From positions 1,984,001-2,048,000 of the forward strand of contig CAWCKH010000004.1 of assembly GCA_963796055.1 (NCBI GenBank): a stretch of 64,000 bases of DNA, in the 5' to 3' direction. The stretch's first letter is position 1; each line of letters begins with the position of its first letter. Source of the DNA: an uncultured delta proteobacterium (GTDB taxonomy: Bacteria; Myxococcota; Myxococcia; Myxococcales; Myxococcaceae). A model generated the notes under the pieces. The model made no database searches. It had not been told where the DNA came from and saw nothing but the letters and a program-made list of their open reading frames with translations. Made by a program: the position numbers and the translations under genes. This document shows, one piece after another, positions 62,761 to 64,000 of this stretch.

Positions 62761-63875
62761 CCGGGCAGCCCGCCACGCTCGTCGAGCACACCGCCCGCTT
62801 CTGCCGCCGTCTCCGGGCGGAGGGTCTCCGGCTCGGACCGGGGGACACGCTGGACGCGACCCGCGCGCTGGACTCGGTGGACCTCGTCGATCGGGAGGAC
62901 GTCCGGCTGGCGCTGCGCACCGCGCTGGTCAAGCGCGTCGAGGACCTCCCGGTCTTCGAGGAGCTGTTCGACACCTTCTGGGGTGGTGGTGCTCCGGCTC
63001 GAAATCCCCGGGTCATCCCGCCCGACGCCGAGGAGAACCGTCCGTCCCTCGGCAGTTCCTCGAAGCGCCGGCGCACTGGCGAGTCCATCGAGGAGATGGA
63101 GGAGCTCGCGGTGCCGGCCCCCAGCCGACGCGAGGCGCTCGGCCGACAGGACTTCGCCACTTTCGGCGACGAGGAGCTCCGGGCGGTGACCGCGCTCGCC
63201 CGGCGCATCGCCCGGCGGCTGAGCGCGCGCCCCGGACGGCGCTGGCGGCAGGCCCGGCGCGGGGAGCAGGTCTCGCTTCGCCGCACACTCCGCGAGGCGA
63301 TGAAGACCGGCGGCGAGCTCTCCACCCTGACCTACCGCGAGCGGAAGCTCCGCCGGACCCGCCTGGTCATCCTCGCCGACGTCTCGGGGTCGATGGACGT
63401 CTATGCGCGGCTGTTGCTGCAGTTCCTCTACGCCCTGCAGAATGCGTTCGCCCGCGTGGAGACCTTCGTCTTCGCCACCCGGCTGAGCCGGGTCACCGAC
63501 CAGCTGCGGGCCCCAGGCTACCGGGATGCGCTGGGGAGCCTGTCGGAGCGGGTGCAGGACTGGAGCGGTGGCACGCGCATCGGCGAGTCTCTCTCCGCCT
63601 TCCTCGCCGGCTGGCCGCGGCTGGTGGATCGCAGGACGGTGGTGGTGGTGCTCAGCGACGGCTGGGAGACGGGTGACCCGGAAGTACTGGGCGAGGTGCT
63701 GACCGCGCTCCGTCGTCGGGCCGGTCGACTGGTCTGGTTGAACCCGCTCCTCGGCAGTCCCGGCTACGAGCCGCTGACCAGGGGGATGCAGGCCGCGCTC
63801 CCGCATCTGGACGTGTTCGCGCCGGCGAACGACCTCGCCAGCCTCGAGCAGCTGGCGAGGCACCTCAGTCTCTAA
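62757..63875 (+). CDS. coxE: VWA-domain CoxE-like protein
   Basis: DVSGSM (MIDAS), GGTRIG, SDG, WLNP. Confidence 0.9.
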   Translation: MTGQPATLVEHTARFCRRLRAEGLRLGPGDTLDATRALDSVDLVDREDVRLALRTALVKRVEDLPVFEELFDTFWGGGAPARNPRVIPPDAEENRPSLGSSSKRRRTGESIEEMEELAVPAPSRREALGRQDFATFGDEELRAVTALARRIARRLSARPGRRWRQARRGEQVSLRRTLREAMKTGGELSTLTYRERKLRRTRLVILADVSGSMDVYARLLLQFLYALQNAFARVETFVFATRLSRVTDQLRAPGYRDALGSLSERVQDWSGGTRIGESLSAFLAGWPRLVDRRTVVVVLSDGWETGDPEVLGEVLTALRRRAGRLVWLNPLLGSPGYEPLTRGMQAALPHLDVFAPANDLASLEQLARHLSL

Positions 63876-63899
63876 GAGCGCCGGAGTCGTAGAGCCCGG

Positions 63900-63920
63900 A
63901 GAGGTGTCAAACACCTCTGT
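63900..63920 (+). repeat. REP-like copy 8
   Basis: AGAGGTGTCAAACACCTCTGT, about 25 bp after the coxE stop. Confidence 0.9.
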
Positions 63921-64000
63921 TGACACTCTTGGTCACATCTCTTTCGCCCGTCGTGCGTCTCAGGGCGCCAGACCAACGAGGCGTCCGCGATCCGAGGGCG

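Overview
High-GC (roughly 70% by eye) bacterial chromosome segment whose gene content looks myxobacterial (Myxococcota): PEGA proteins, Ser/Thr kinase, CHAT protease, ECF sigma. It carries housekeeping genes (sucA, sucB, fabI, clpS-clpA, cspA, NifU-like, several peptidases) and two intact insertion sequences (IS630 family; IS4 family, IS10-like). A ~13.6 kb molybdo-hydroxylase island holds a form I CO dehydrogenase operon (coxMSL, AYRCSFR motif) back-to-back with a form II-like operon (coxSLM, AYRGAGR motif), plus the accessory genes coxDEFG, mocA and xdhC. The most striking non-genic signal is an invariant 17-bp hairpin motif, GGTGTCAAACACCTCTG, at 8 loci. Two inverted copies bracket a HUH/Y1 REP-associated tyrosine transposase (RAYT), and one of those lies in frame inside xdhC. 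Another copy supplies a gene's stop codon, and one is split at its exact centre by the IS10-like element. A second, GTAG-type repeat family occurs twice: once abutting the IS630 insertion and once expanded into an 84-bp tandem array. About six small frameshifts (including in sucB and form I coxL) suggest assembly indel errors. No rRNA, tRNA or CRISPR was seen. All calls come from reading the sequence; no database search was run.
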